IMG/VR virus record: IMGVR_UViG_3300020122_000238
Coordinates: 124,001-188,000 of that record
DNA length: 64,000 nt
Strand: one strand, 5' to 3'
Under the pieces are notes generated by a model that saw nothing but the letters and a program-made list of their open reading frames with translations, was not told the origin of the DNA and made no database searches. Positions within the stretch are counted from its first letter, which is position 1. Each line of letters starts with the position of its first letter. The position numbers were made by a program, and so were the translations under genes. Of the stretch, positions 39,376-49,469 are shown piece after piece.

Positions 39376-40623
39376 ATGGCCCAAAACATCGCTAAGTGCT
39401 CGTTCTGTGGAAAGCCCCGCAATGAGGTGAAAGCCCTCGCGGGGAGTGACGGGGGCGCCCTCATCTGTGACAAGTGTGTGGGGCAGATCGGTCGAGCCTT
39501 CGGCGAAGCGGAGCTGAAGAAGAACGCCGACAAGAAGGAAGTCCTTCGCAAGCCCATGGAAATCCGGGCTTTCCTGGATCAATACGTCATCGGGCAGGAA
39601 CGGGCGAAGGTGGACATGGCGGTGGCTGTCTACAACCACTACAAGCGGCGGGATGCCATCCGCCAACACCTGGATCTCGGAGTCGAGATCCAGAAGAGCA
39701 ACATGATGGTCATCGGCCCGAGCGGGTGCGGCAAGACCGAGATCGCTCGAACCCTCGCCAGGATGCTGGGGGTGCCGATGTTCAACGCGGACGCCACCAA
39801 GCTGACACAGGCGGGCTACGTCGGAGATGACGTCGAGAGCTTGATCCAGGGGCTCATCGCGGATGCCAACGGGGACATCGAGCGTGCTCAATGGGGGATC
39901 ATCTTCATCGATGAGTTCGACAAGCTGGCTCGGAAGTCGGGGCGGGGGTCGACCGGCTATCGCGACGTCACGGGGGAAGGCGTTCAGCAGAGCCTCCTCA
40001 AACTCCTCGAAGGGAACAAGATCAACGTGCCCCGCGGGCAGATGAAGAGCACGTCGGGTGGCGAATCGGATCCGTTCGACACCACCAACGTGCTCTTCAT
40101 CTGCGCGGGATCCTTCGCTGGCATTGAGGACATCATCTCGCAACGGGTGAACCACAAGTCGAGCCTTGGATTCGGCGCGGAGGACAAGAAGAAGCTCTCC
40201 AAGACGGAGACCTACCTGGAGGTGAAGGAAGACGACATCCTCAGCTTTGGGATCATCCCCGAGCTGATGGGCCGCGTGCCGGTGCTCACGACGGTGATCG
40301 AGCTGACGGAGGATGAGATGTTGCAGATCCTCACGGAGCCCCGTAACGCCATCATCAAGCAGGTCAAGGCCCTCTTTCACATGGACCGCATCAATCTCCA
40401 GTTCGATGATGCCGCCCTCCGGCACATCGCCAAGGAGGCCAAGAAGCGCCCGACTGGAGCCCGCGGGCTTCGTTCCGTCGTCGAGAGCATCTTGGCTCCG
40501 TACGCCTACAGCTCGCCGAGCGACCCCACGATTGTCTCGATCCGGATCACGGAGGAAGCGACCATGGGGAAGGAGCAGGCCGTCATCCTCCGCAGGTATG
40601 TCCCGGCAGAAGCGGTGGGGTAA
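39376..40623 (+). CDS. clpX: Clp protease ATP-binding subunit ClpX
   Basis: CSFCGK Zn domain, GPSGCGKT, AGYVGDDVE, IDEFDK, RDVTGEGVQQ, LGF loop, TGARGLR. Confidence 0.95.
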   Translation: MAQNIAKCSFCGKPRNEVKALAGSDGGALICDKCVGQIGRAFGEAELKKNADKKEVLRKPMEIRAFLDQYVIGQERAKVDMAVAVYNHYKRRDAIRQHLDLGVEIQKSNMMVIGPSGCGKTEIARTLARMLGVPMFNADATKLTQAGYVGDDVESLIQGLIADANGDIERAQWGIIFIDEFDKLARKSGRGSTGYRDVTGEGVQQSLLKLLEGNKINVPRGQMKSTSGGESDPFDTTNVLFICAGSFAGIEDIISQRVNHKSSLGFGAEDKKKLSKTETYLEVKEDDILSFGIIPELMGRVPVLTTVIELTEDEMLQILTEPRNAIIKQVKALFHMDRINLQFDDAALRHIAKEAKKRPTGARGLRSVVESILAPYAYSSPSDPTIVSIRITEEATMGKEQAVILRRYVPAEAVG

Positions 40624-40627
40624 GACA

Positions 40628-40903
40628 ATGATGTCCGACGCAGAATACATCCGAGAGTATCTCCGGGTCTGTCGAGTTGTCCTTGACAAGAGCCCCAACG
40701 TCGGTTGGGTGATCCACATGCCAGGCATCGGAGATGCCTCTGAAATCGATCGGGACGACCGTTTCGAGGAGTCGTGTCGGCTTCGGCGGGAAGTCTGTCT
40801 CTCTAAGTGGAGAGGCCTGTCGGACGAGGATCTCGTGAAGGAGTTCGGTACGGTTCTCTCGAACCGCGACACCATCAATCGCATGATTCCGCAGCCGCAC
40901 TGA
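40628..40903 (+). CDS. Hypothetical protein
   Basis: MMSDAEYIREY... Confidence 0.5.
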   Translation: MMSDAEYIREYLRVCRVVLDKSPNVGWVIHMPGIGDASEIDRDDRFEESCRLRREVCLSKWRGLSDEDLVKEFGTVLSNRDTINRMIPQPH

Positions 40904-40913
40904 AGGCAGATAC

Positions 40914-41185
40914 ATGATGGGTATTCCGCGAAAAGGTAGCCGACGGATGAGGTAGCTGGGAGGGCCTTTCGCTACCTCATCAAAGAGGAACGCGATAATG
41001 AAGAGGTTGAGTGGGGGCGCCGGCTGACTCTCACACTTCAAGAAGTCGCCCTTCATACAGGTCGCCCTTTGCAGGTTAAGATCCCACATTGGGTCGGGTG
41101 CGTTACCCCTTCGATGATCGCCGAGATCATCACGAAGAAGCTCAGTGCAGGTTGGGATCCAAGTTCTCGAAAAGCTACTCCATGA
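40914..41185 (+). pseudogene. Frameshifted hypothetical gene (MMGIPRKGSRR / EVAGRAFRYLIKE...)
   Basis: One extra base near 40948 joins two frames into ~90 aa that overlap the next ATG. Confidence 0.45.
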
Positions 41186-41901
41186 AAGTTGGCCTCATCT
41201 CAGACCTTCACTTCGAGTTTCAACGAGACTCGGGGCGGTCGCTCGTGAACCACATCCTCCCTGATGGCTGCGATGTGCTCGTTGTGGCGGGAGACCTCAC
41301 GGTGGGAGCTGAGCTGGTCCCGGCTCTGAAGATGCTGTGTGAGCAGTACCGAGAGGTGGTCTACGTCCCGGGGAACCACGAGTACTACCGGATGACCCGG
41401 GGCGAGCTTCGCAAGAGGCTACACACCTTCGCCGGCCGCCACAAGAATTTCCACTGGCTGGACAACAGCTCTGTGGTTCTTGGGGGACATCGCTTCCTTG
41501 GGGGTACGATGTGGTTTCGACATGACCCCGTCGCCCTGAAGGATGAAATGTGGGACTTCCGGCTCATCCCCGAGCTGGAGTCCTGGGTGTACCAGGATAA
41601 TGCAGCCACACTCACATTCTTCCAGAAGGAGGTGCAGGAGGGAGACATTGTCGTCACGCACCATCTCCCTTCTCCGCGGTCGACTCCCGAGCAGTACAAG
41701 GAATTCAAGATCAATCCGTTCTTCGTCTGCAACATGGAGGAGCTGATCCTCGCGAAGAAGCCTGCGATTTGGATGCACGGCCATACCCACGGGTCCTTCG
41801 ACTATCGGCTTGGGGATACGCGGGTGCTCTGCAACCCATTCGGGTACGCTCGGAAAGAAGAGAACCCCAAGTTCAATTTCGAGTTGACCGTGACCGTTTG
41901 A
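41182..41901 (+). CDS. Calcineurin-like metallophosphoesterase
   Basis: SDLH, AGD, GNHE, THHLP, HGHTH. Confidence 0.9.
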   Translation: MKVGLISDLHFEFQRDSGRSLVNHILPDGCDVLVVAGDLTVGAELVPALKMLCEQYREVVYVPGNHEYYRMTRGELRKRLHTFAGRHKNFHWLDNSSVVLGGHRFLGGTMWFRHDPVALKDEMWDFRLIPELESWVYQDNAATLTFFQKEVQEGDIVVTHHLPSPRSTPEQYKEFKINPFFVCNMEELILAKKPAIWMHGHTHGSFDYRLGDTRVLCNPFGYARKEENPKFNFELTVTV

Positions 41902-41927
41902 GAGTTCTTTGATATGACGGATGGATC

Positions 41928-42434
41928 ATGGATCGTCTTGCACTTGAGGTTTTCCGTCGGTTCCAAGAGTCTCACTTGAAGCCTACTTGTTTGTTCCGTA
42001 TCGGGAAGCCTTCCAGTGCCAAACCCTACGCTCAGGTCAACATCACGGCGTCTGTGGCCTTGAGCCAAAAAACCCCGTTGGGGGTTGACCCCTCACGGGG
42101 TGGCAACGGGTTGACCCGCCCTCAGTTCAACCCCGAGATCCCAGAAAAGGTGGCTGCGCTAGCCGCAACGGTTCGGGATTCCCTGGGCAAGTTCTTCGAG
42201 GAAAATGGGGTTGAAGGGGCGGTCACCTACTGCGAATCTGCGGCCTCGTTGAGCCGATTCGTGGGGCAACTGCACGCTGGGAACTACACGGACCCTCTCA
42301 ATTTCCTGGGGGCCCATTTCAGGGTTCCCTACGGAGCCGGGCAGAAGAAACGAGTGGTTCACCTCTCTCGGGACATCGCTCGACTGGCCAGTGCGTTCGA
42401 GAGCAGCATGGATGTCGAAGTGAAACTGGAGTGA
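41928..42434 (+). CDS. Hypothetical protein (LEVFRRF tag variant)
   Basis: 168 aa. Confidence 0.55.
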   Translation: MDRLALEVFRRFQESHLKPTCLFRIGKPSSAKPYAQVNITASVALSQKTPLGVDPSRGGNGLTRPQFNPEIPEKVAALAATVRDSLGKFFEENGVEGAVTYCESAASLSRFVGQLHAGNYTDPLNFLGAHFRVPYGAGQKKRVVHLSRDIARLASAFESSMDVEVKLE

Positions 42435-42468
42435 TCTTCTTGTTTTTCTCTTGTGCCCCTCCCTCAGT

Positions 42469-43260
42469 GTGAGTGACCTCGTCCATCGTGTTGCGAACCG
42501 CTATGCAGCGGTGGTCCTCCCTTTCAAACCCAAGTTTGGGGTCCCGACGGCCACCATTGGGGGTCGGAAGTACGTGCTCAGCACGTACCGTGGAGAGGGG
42601 ATGGACGTCTCGGAGAAAGTCAATGAGGGCGGCCCTGGAACGGGGCACGCTCGCTACATTCATCTCCCGAGCAACACCCCTTGGCGATACATATGGGTGT
42701 TCGATGCTGAGAAAAAGATCGTGGCCATGTGGCAAGTCTCTGAAGGGGACCTGAAGATCCACGGCCCTTCTGGGCACTTCGCTTCGATGATCGTGCATCT
42801 CGAAAAGAAGGGGCAGCTCAACCGGGTCACTCACGAAGAATACCGCGACCTCGAAAAGAAGATGGAGCTTGTCTACGACAAGACCGTGTCTGACCTCAAG
42901 ACTTTTTTCGAGCAGAACGACAGCGACTTCCAAAAGAAGGTCAATGCGGGCGTTCAGGAATACTATGCCAAGTACGTCAAGCCCAAGGTGGACAAGGCCA
43001 TCTCTGATGTGTTGAATGGTGCCACTCCTCTGGGGTTCAAGCCCTACGTGAGCCCGCACCGATCCACACAGAGCCAGGCTATCGGCTTCAACGTGGGGAT
43101 GGTTCTCAAGAGGGAGCTGGACCTATCGAAGGTTGAAGAGGCTCTGGTCCGCATGGGGATCAATGTGCATTCCCCCCACGAGGACAACCAGGCGACCTAC
43201 TGGGCCATCGGCGATATCAAGGATACAGTTCTTGACCGGCTTTCCACCGAGTATACCTGA
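42469..43260 (+). CDS. RVANRY-tagged hypothetical protein
   Basis: GTG start gives MSDLVHRVANRY, nearly identical to the 12207 N-terminus. Confidence 0.6.
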   Translation: MSDLVHRVANRYAAVVLPFKPKFGVPTATIGGRKYVLSTYRGEGMDVSEKVNEGGPGTGHARYIHLPSNTPWRYIWVFDAEKKIVAMWQVSEGDLKIHGPSGHFASMIVHLEKKGQLNRVTHEEYRDLEKKMELVYDKTVSDLKTFFEQNDSDFQKKVNAGVQEYYAKYVKPKVDKAISDVLNGATPLGFKPYVSPHRSTQSQAIGFNVGMVLKRELDLSKVEEALVRMGINVHSPHEDNQATYWAIGDIKDTVLDRLSTEYT

Positions 43261-43303
43261 TGCCCCGCCGATAAATCTCCTATCTTTCCGCCAAGGTGCC
43301 CCC

Positions 43304-44101
43304 ATGACTACACGTCGCACACTTCTCCGCGTTGTCGCTCGTTTCCAAATGCAGCTTGCCATGGAGCATTCATCGCCAGAAGAGCTGAAAGAGTACCTGC
43401 ACGAGCACCCCCAAGCCGACCCTGCGAACCACACCGTCACGAAGAAGGAAGAGCACGGGGGTGGTGATGAGCACGATGCCCCCAAGAAGTCCTGGAAAGA
43501 ACGCCTGCAAGGACTCGGGGCAAAGGCGAAGAAGTTCTACGAAGACGCGCCCGCGGGAGTCAAGCAGTTCTTCACCGACGATGCCTATCGTCGAACGGCG
43601 CTCATGGGAGCCCACAAAAAGCTGATGGATGCTCCGCACAACGTCGTTCAGCACGCCATTCAGACGGTCAAAAACGAGGTGAAGGAGTACAAGGATGCGG
43701 CAGCCGGGGTGAAGGCTGTCCTCAAGGGAGGCAAGATGACCCCCGAGCAGAAGCATGCCTTCAAGACGGTTGTCAAGCACATGGCTGTTACCGCAGCAGC
43801 AACGGCTCTAACAGTGAGTGGGGGGCCTCTTGTTGCTGCGGGTGCTTTTGGAAAGACGCTCGCAAAGAATCTCGCGATGCGAGCAGCACATGATGCTCTT
43901 GGCCATTATGATGGTCTCCACGAATACATGGAGATTGGCCACGGGATCCACAAACATCTCCATCACCTTCTCGCCGCGGATGAGGACGCCAAGGTGGACG
44001 AGGCGATCGCGAAGTTCGTCATGGCCAAGGTCGCCAAACAGATCCAGGACCTCGACATGGACGCGATCGAAGCGGCCCTCAAGGAAATGGACTCGGAGTA
44101 A
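43304..44101 (+). CDS. RVVARF-tagged His/Lys-rich protein
   Basis: MTTRRTLLRVVARFQ; central Ala/Gly hydrophobic segment. Confidence 0.6.
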   Translation: MTTRRTLLRVVARFQMQLAMEHSSPEELKEYLHEHPQADPANHTVTKKEEHGGGDEHDAPKKSWKERLQGLGAKAKKFYEDAPAGVKQFFTDDAYRRTALMGAHKKLMDAPHNVVQHAIQTVKNEVKEYKDAAAGVKAVLKGGKMTPEQKHAFKTVVKHMAVTAAATALTVSGGPLVAAGAFGKTLAKNLAMRAAHDALGHYDGLHEYMEIGHGIHKHLHHLLAADEDAKVDEAIAKFVMAKVAKQIQDLDMDAIEAALKEMDSE

Positions 44102-44112
44102 TGCCTCCAGTT

Positions 44113-44118
44113 GGTGTA
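44113..44118 (+). promoter_or_regulatory. Class A element GGTGTA
   Basis: 10 nt before ATG 44129. Confidence 0.65.
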
Positions 44119-44128
44119 CTTGGGGGAT

Positions 44129-44644
44129 ATGCCCTCCTACAAAAATAAGCCCTCCCCCAAGAACCCCCTCCTCCTGGGAGGGTTCTTTCTCATCCTCCTC
44201 ATCGGTTTCGGGATCACCGCGGGGTGCAAGGATATCCGGTTCGATCAGAACTGCGAGGGGCATCTCAAGCGAGCAGCAGACGCCAACACGATCGAGCTGG
44301 CATCCACGGAGCTGGGGACGGCCATTCAGTACCTCAAGAGGTCGGGGCTCACGTCCGGCAACACGTCGATCCTCTTCGACACCCCCAACAACGACATCGG
44401 CTTTTGGTTCTCGAACCTCAGCGCTTCCCAGGCGGAGCTGGCCAAGGTGACGCCCGAGACCGCCATGCTGGAGAGGAGCATGTTGCTCCTCAAGCTCCGG
44501 GAGACGTTGCTCGATGGGCAAGTGGTGACCGTCCCGTCGGGCATCACGCTTTTACCGAATGTCCAGCTCTACTTCTGGTGGGGCGTCATCTCGGCGATCG
44601 GGTTCGTCACGGGCCTGGGTGTGGCGATGTCCCGCGCCTATTGA
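44129..44644 (+). CDS. Membrane protein (two TM segments)
   Basis: N- and C-terminal hydrophobic helices. Confidence 0.6.
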   Translation: MPSYKNKPSPKNPLLLGGFFLILLIGFGITAGCKDIRFDQNCEGHLKRAADANTIELASTELGTAIQYLKRSGLTSGNTSILFDTPNNDIGFWFSNLSASQAELAKVTPETAMLERSMLLLKLRETLLDGQVVTVPSGITLLPNVQLYFWWGVISAIGFVTGLGVAMSRAY

Positions 44645-44661
44645 CGCGTGTAGAGACGACG

Positions 44662-45510
44662 ATGAGAAATCCCCCCCTTCGAAGCGGTCGCGAAGAAAAT
44701 CTCCCTTACAGCCTGAGCCGGTGGACGGACGTCCCGGCCGCCAAGTGGGAGTGGTTCAAGACCTCCCTCCGGGAAGGCTTCATGGATGGCTTCGACCCGC
44801 GGACCGCCATCCCGGCGAAGTGGTCTCTCCAACCCGAAGAGACCCTCGGGCTCGTTTTCTGGACGAAGGACCCCTGGAATCTGGTCATGGATCAGCGTCT
44901 CCTCCAGGACTTCAAGGTCAAGATCCACGTCACCGTCACGGGCTGGGAGGAAGTGGAGAAGGGAGCCCCGACGCTGATCCAGGGAGCGCACGGCTTGATG
45001 ACCGCTTCGGACGCGTTCGGCCCTGAGAACGTCACCTGGCGTTTCTCGCCCGTCCCGATGGTCCCCAACGTCGTTGAGCGGTTCGGTCGGATCCTCGTCC
45101 ACGCGGCGGATGCTGGACTCAAGAGCGTCTTCCTGTCCTTCCTCCAGACGAACGACATGATGGCCGAAACCCGGACCGACGTCGATCGCCTCAACACCCT
45201 CGTGCAGATTGCCGAGCTGGGTGAGAAGTACGGCGTCACGGTCCTCCTCTGCAATGAGGACCGTCTCCTCATCGGGTATCCGGATGCACATGCGAACCTC
45301 GCCTCTGGTATCTGTGCTCCGCCGGAAGACTTCTTCCTCAAAGGTCGTGAGATGGCCCCCTCGGAGGGCTGTGGCTGCGTTCTGATGGTCGACCCGTTCA
45401 CCATCAACGAGACCTGTACGATGGGATGCAAGTATTGCTACGCGGCAGACGCGAGCCTCGCGCACAAGAAGCGCAACACGACCAAGGTGTCTCTGCCTCT
45501 CGTGCGATGA
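44662..45510 (+). CDS. DUF1848-like radical-SAM-related protein
   Basis: SRWTDVPA, VFWTKDP, WRFSP, C-terminal CGC...CTMGCKYCYA; CGTGTA 9 nt upstream. Confidence 0.75.
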   Translation: MRNPPLRSGREENLPYSLSRWTDVPAAKWEWFKTSLREGFMDGFDPRTAIPAKWSLQPEETLGLVFWTKDPWNLVMDQRLLQDFKVKIHVTVTGWEEVEKGAPTLIQGAHGLMTASDAFGPENVTWRFSPVPMVPNVVERFGRILVHAADAGLKSVFLSFLQTNDMMAETRTDVDRLNTLVQIAELGEKYGVTVLLCNEDRLLIGYPDAHANLASGICAPPEDFFLKGREMAPSEGCGCVLMVDPFTINETCTMGCKYCYAADASLAHKKRNTTKVSLPLVR

Positions 45511-45573
45511 CCCCGGCCAAGAAAAAGGGGAAACCCCTCCCTAAAGTCAAACCTCGTACCACCTTGGGGAAGG

Positions 45574-45855
45574 ATGCACTTGACGATGAAGCCTGAAATT
45601 TCTGTCGTCCCTCTCGACGAAGACTCTCCCGACTTGACGGACGAAGATACCCGTCAAGCACAACCGACAGACTCCGCCGGGGATGTCACCCAATCGCTGA
45701 AAAACTTGTCGTGCTGCTCTTGTGGGGCTCGACCCGAGCCCACCTCGTATGCTTTACGACGAAGAGGCCCTCACTTTTACTGGAAGGTGAGCTTGCGCTG
45801 CCTTGAGGGGCACGAGCGGATCATGGTTTTCCAGACGGATTGGATCGGACGATGA
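45574..45855 (+). CDS. Hypothetical Zn-ribbon protein
   Basis: CCSCG...CLEGH. Confidence 0.45.
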   Translation: MHLTMKPEISVVPLDEDSPDLTDEDTRQAQPTDSAGDVTQSLKNLSCCSCGARPEPTSYALRRRGPHFYWKVSLRCLEGHERIMVFQTDWIGR

Positions 45856-46202
45856 GCGACAACGGTTGTTGCGACGAGGAGCCCCGATGCACCAACTGCG
45901 ATCGGGACACGAAGAACAACGTGTGGCTGGAGCGAGGCACGCCGGGGGCGATCGGCATCTGCCTCCTCGACACGATGACCCGATCGCAGGTCATCTACTG
46001 CCTGGAGCACGATGAGAGATCCCGAGCGGACCTCCTACGGATCACATCCAATCCGGATCTCCTGGAGCTGGCTGCTACGGTCACCAGGCTCCCGACTGTG
46101 GAGCTGATGGACGCAATGCAGAGCGACTTCAATCGAGAGGGCCCCTCTACGAACGTGCTCTACTCGACGTTCAAGGGGATCTCTCCCTGGGTGGGCTCGT
46201 GA
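45852..46202 (+). CDS. Hypothetical protein
   Basis: ATGA overlap, CTNC. Confidence 0.5.
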   Translation: MSDNGCCDEEPRCTNCDRDTKNNVWLERGTPGAIGICLLDTMTRSQVIYCLEHDERSRADLLRITSNPDLLELAATVTRLPTVELMDAMQSDFNREGPSTNVLYSTFKGISPWVGS

Positions 46203-46735
46203 ATGAAGACCCGTCTACTGGAGACCCCGTCGCAGTCCTTGGCTCCGAAGAACGCAATCGAGTGGCACCGGCTGATGACGGAGGTCCTCACCTCCGCTCA
46301 GACGATCGAATCCAGGCATCTTCCCGGGCTACGTCTGGCCGTGTCGAAGGGGCAGACCGAGCAAGCTCTCCGCCGGTTGGGGATCATCTGCCAGGCGGAC
46401 ATCGAGCGGGAGTTCCCCAAGAAGTAGACCCTGCTGAAGAGGCCCTCCAGAGCTTCTCGACCGGAGATCCCACCCAGGTCTTCGCCGCCGTTGAGAAGCT
46501 CGCTGAGGCCTATCACGAGATTCTTGCGGAAGGGGCTCGGCTACGGTTCCGTCTGAATTTCGGGACGGTGATCTGCGAGCGTTGCGAAGGGCTCAAGGCT
46601 GGGCCTGGGGTGATTGCAACGTGCTTCCAGATCAAGAAGTGCAATTTTGCAAACGTCCGTGAAGAGGACGTCTCCAAAAAGCATCTCAGAGTCCTGAAAT
46701 CTCGAATTGGGACCGACCCCAAAATATATCCTTGA
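46203..46735 (+). CDS. Hypothetical protein with probable -1 frameshift near 46416
   Basis: MKTRLLE...EREFP joins QEVDPAEE...CERC if one C is added to CCCC. Confidence 0.4.
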
Positions 46736-46839
46736 CAGAACCTTCTAGTTAGGGTCCTATCACAGGGAACCATCTTACCGTCTTCGACATACCCCAAGGG
46801 GACCGAGAGACGGCATGTGCATCTGGAGATCATCCCAAT

Positions 46840-47637
46840 ATGAACAAGATCACGTACGAGAGCACCCTATCCGAGCTTCAGTCGGACGTCACCGCGAAGC
46901 AGGCCGAAGCGATGAAGGCCGCGGACAAGGTGACGAAGTTCGTCGAAATCTTCGGGGAGGGGGCGGAAGCCGCCTCCTTCACCATCGGCCCCCCGAAGGG
47001 CAAGCCCGGCCGCAAGCCGAAGGACAAGACCGCAGATCCCAAGGACTCGCCAGAACCTGCGGCCCCGAAAGGCAAGCCGGGTCGCAAGCCGAAGCCCAAG
47101 GACGAGTCCGCCGCAGACCCGAAGCCGAAGGGCAAGCCGGGACCGAAGCCCAAGGTGGCGGGCCTGAGCCGAGCCGCGGAAGGCCGTCGCCAGGTGGCCA
47201 ATGGGGAGCGCCCCAAGCTGCATGACGCCATGGCCGTGACGGCTGGAGATCGCATCGTGAACGCCGACACCCTCTTCGAGGAGATGCAGGTCCTCGGCTG
47301 GCTCCCCAATTCGAGTGATCCGCGGGGGTACATCTCGTACACCTTCAGCTCGGCTAAGGAGGTCTTCGAGAAGGTCCCGGCGAAGGGACGCGGATTCTAC
47401 CGCGTCGTGTCCTCGTACGAGGCTCCCGCTGCCCTCGTCGCGCAAAAGAACGCCAAGGGAAGCACGCCCAAGGCTTCCTCGGACGAGGACACGAAGGCGG
47501 AATCGGAAGTGACCGCAGCTCCCGTCGAAGACGAGGCCCCCGTCGCTGCCCCCAAGGCGGCCGTGGTGAAGCGCAAGAGCACGGACGACGTCCTCAAGGA
47601 TGCCGGTCTCGATCTCGGCGGTCCTTTCGGCGGCTGA
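46840..47637 (+). CDS. Histone-like/nucleoid DNA-binding protein
   Basis: Three KGKPG[RP]KPK repeats then a winged-helix-like domain ending GRGFYR. Confidence 0.55.
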   Translation: MNKITYESTLSELQSDVTAKQAEAMKAADKVTKFVEIFGEGAEAASFTIGPPKGKPGRKPKDKTADPKDSPEPAAPKGKPGRKPKPKDESAADPKPKGKPGPKPKVAGLSRAAEGRRQVANGERPKLHDAMAVTAGDRIVNADTLFEEMQVLGWLPNSSDPRGYISYTFSSAKEVFEKVPAKGRGFYRVVSSYEAPAALVAQKNAKGSTPKASSDEDTKAESEVTAAPVEDEAPVAAPKAAVVKRKSTDDVLKDAGLDLGGPFGG

Positions 47638-47682
47638 ACGATCCCTCTCTGCTTGGAAGCGGATTCGGTGTCAGTATAAACG

Positions 47683-48033
47683 ATGCCCTCCGCTATCCTC
47701 GCCCAACACCTCGCCCAACGCCTGCTTCGCAGCCTGGCTCGCAGGACTGTCTACCTCCCGAAAAGTCGCTACCATCGCATGCTCGGTCTGGAAGACGACA
47801 TCGAGAAGTCCGCTCACGCTGAATGGGTCGAGCATCTCAAGACCTGGGATCTTTACAAGCCATCCCACAAAGCCATCCTGACGCACATCGTAGAGATTTC
47901 CTTCCGGAATGCGCTCTACGACGTGCGTCGGTCGTTCGAAGATGACGCATCAACGGCGTACCCCATCCTCAAGAAGTTCGAGGAGCAGTTCACGCCCCAA
48001 GACCTTCTGACCCCGGCAGTGGTGGAGGCATGA
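47683..48033 (+). CDS. Hypothetical protein
   Basis: GGTGTC variant 10 nt upstream of ATG. Confidence 0.55.
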   Translation: MPSAILAQHLAQRLLRSLARRTVYLPKSRYHRMLGLEDDIEKSAHAEWVEHLKTWDLYKPSHKAILTHIVEISFRNALYDVRRSFEDDASTAYPILKKFEEQFTPQDLLTPAVVEA

Positions 48034-48548
48034 AGCTCGGAGACCTCCTTCTGCACGACGGGCAGCACTGGATTGTCCGTAAGTATGACCCGAAGCGAAC
48101 GCACATGTCGGAGTTGCTTGCAGCCTCCGGACAGGTGAAGGAGATCCGCTTCGATGCCGACCTCAAGGGGGAGGCAACGGTTCTCTCCAACCCTCAGACG
48201 GAGTGGCCGTTCGTGGTCATGGCGTCCAGGCCCAGCTTGGGCCGGTTGCAGCACATTGCTCGCATCATCGGGCCTCTGGCAACTCCGACGGAAGAACCCT
48301 TGAGGTTGTACGTTGACTGGGTGGCGAGTGACCCAGCTCGTATGGGTGGCCCCGTGTTCTTCTCGCCCATGTTGGGGTTGCAACCTGGGAACCTCCTCGT
48401 GGCTGTCCACGACAAAGGCCGCTCTCGGATCGACATCACCGCTCAATTCAAGACGGTCAAGCAACGGATCGCCCATGTCGCCGTCAAGCCGAAACCCGAG
48501 AAGAACGTCTACACCCATCTTCTCGATGACTCCGAGTTCGACGAATGA
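48030..48548 (+). CDS. Hypothetical protein with NVYTHLL-acidic tail
   Basis: 172 aa, coupled. Confidence 0.55.
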   Translation: MKLGDLLLHDGQHWIVRKYDPKRTHMSELLAASGQVKEIRFDADLKGEATVLSNPQTEWPFVVMASRPSLGRLQHIARIIGPLATPTEEPLRLYVDWVASDPARMGGPVFFSPMLGLQPGNLLVAVHDKGRSRIDITAQFKTVKQRIAHVAVKPKPEKNVYTHLLDDSEFDE

Positions 48549-49177
48549 CTCGACGGTCGCTCCCTCTACTCTTCGAGAGAGATACCCATGAGGTCCAAGC
48601 TCAACGCTTCGAGCGGGCTGGGGCCTTCGAGGCTTCGGTTCGGGATGCGGCAGAGGATCTCGGACGGGCGATCTCGTGTTCCGTGAAATGCTCAGCCTGC
48701 TGTTCCCACCCCGTGGGGATCTCCATTCTGGAGGGGATCAGTCTCTTCCGTTGGCTGGCAGAACGAGGTCTATGGACCGCGAGCCTTCAGGAAAAACTCC
48801 AGACGCATTCAACGCAGGTCTGGGGCCTGGCTCATGAAATCTGGTTTCTGAGCAACACCCCTTGCCCACTTCTCTCTGAGGGCAAGTGCTCTGCACACGA
48901 GGGCCGCCCCTTCGTCTGTAGGACAACCTGGTCGACGGGGGACCCCTACGATTGTCACCCGCACCGATTCGGGCCTCGAACAGGGATTGTCCCGAGAGCT
49001 GATGCCATTCGAGACTTCCACCAGATGGAAGCTTCCAAGCTCCGCCAACACGGGTTGAAACATATCCCTCTACCTATCTCCAAAGCGCTACTACTCGCTG
49101 AGCGTGTCTGTTCGGGTAAACTTGCGATAGAAGACGTACAGCACACGCTCTTGAAAGAGTATGGGGACGTCGGATGA
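48545..49177 (+). CDS. YkgJ-family cysteine-cluster protein
   Basis: CSVKCSACC ... CPLL...CSAHEGRPFVCR. Confidence 0.8.
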   Translation: MTRRSLPLLFERDTHEVQAQRFERAGAFEASVRDAAEDLGRAISCSVKCSACCSHPVGISILEGISLFRWLAERGLWTASLQEKLQTHSTQVWGLAHEIWFLSNTPCPLLSEGKCSAHEGRPFVCRTTWSTGDPYDCHPHRFGPRTGIVPRADAIRDFHQMEASKLRQHGLKHIPLPISKALLLAERVCSGKLAIEDVQHTLLKEYGDVG

Positions 49178-49461
49178 AATGCTGTGTTTGCTCGAAGAAG
49201 ATCGAATCGTCGGCCTGTGTCACGCTTCGACTATCGGACTCCGAGAAGGAGTCTGTACGCCAGATGGGGCAAGAGCCTCAAAATGAGTACGAGTATTGTC
49301 GACCCTGCTTTCGACTACTCTCGAACCCGGAGCAAGGCGCACAGCTCATCCGGGGGACATTCCAGCTTTCTTTGCGCTCCGCGGGCATCCCTGATGCAGA
49401 GTCAAAGTCTCGGAAGTATTACGATTTTCTGATCCGTGGCGCCAATCACCCCACCCACTGA
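49174..49461 (+). CDS. Hypothetical Zn-finger protein
   Basis: CCVC...YCRPC. Confidence 0.55.
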   Translation: MKCCVCSKKIESSACVTLRLSDSEKESVRQMGQEPQNEYEYCRPCFRLLSNPEQGAQLIRGTFQLSLRSAGIPDAESKSRKYYDFLIRGANHPTH

Positions 49462-49469
49462 GGATATGT

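Noticed and set aside
44224-44661. 428-aa ORF call starting at 44224
   Set aside because: The 5' part overlaps the membrane-protein gene out of frame; the DUF1848-like sequence begins at ATG 44662 after a class A variant
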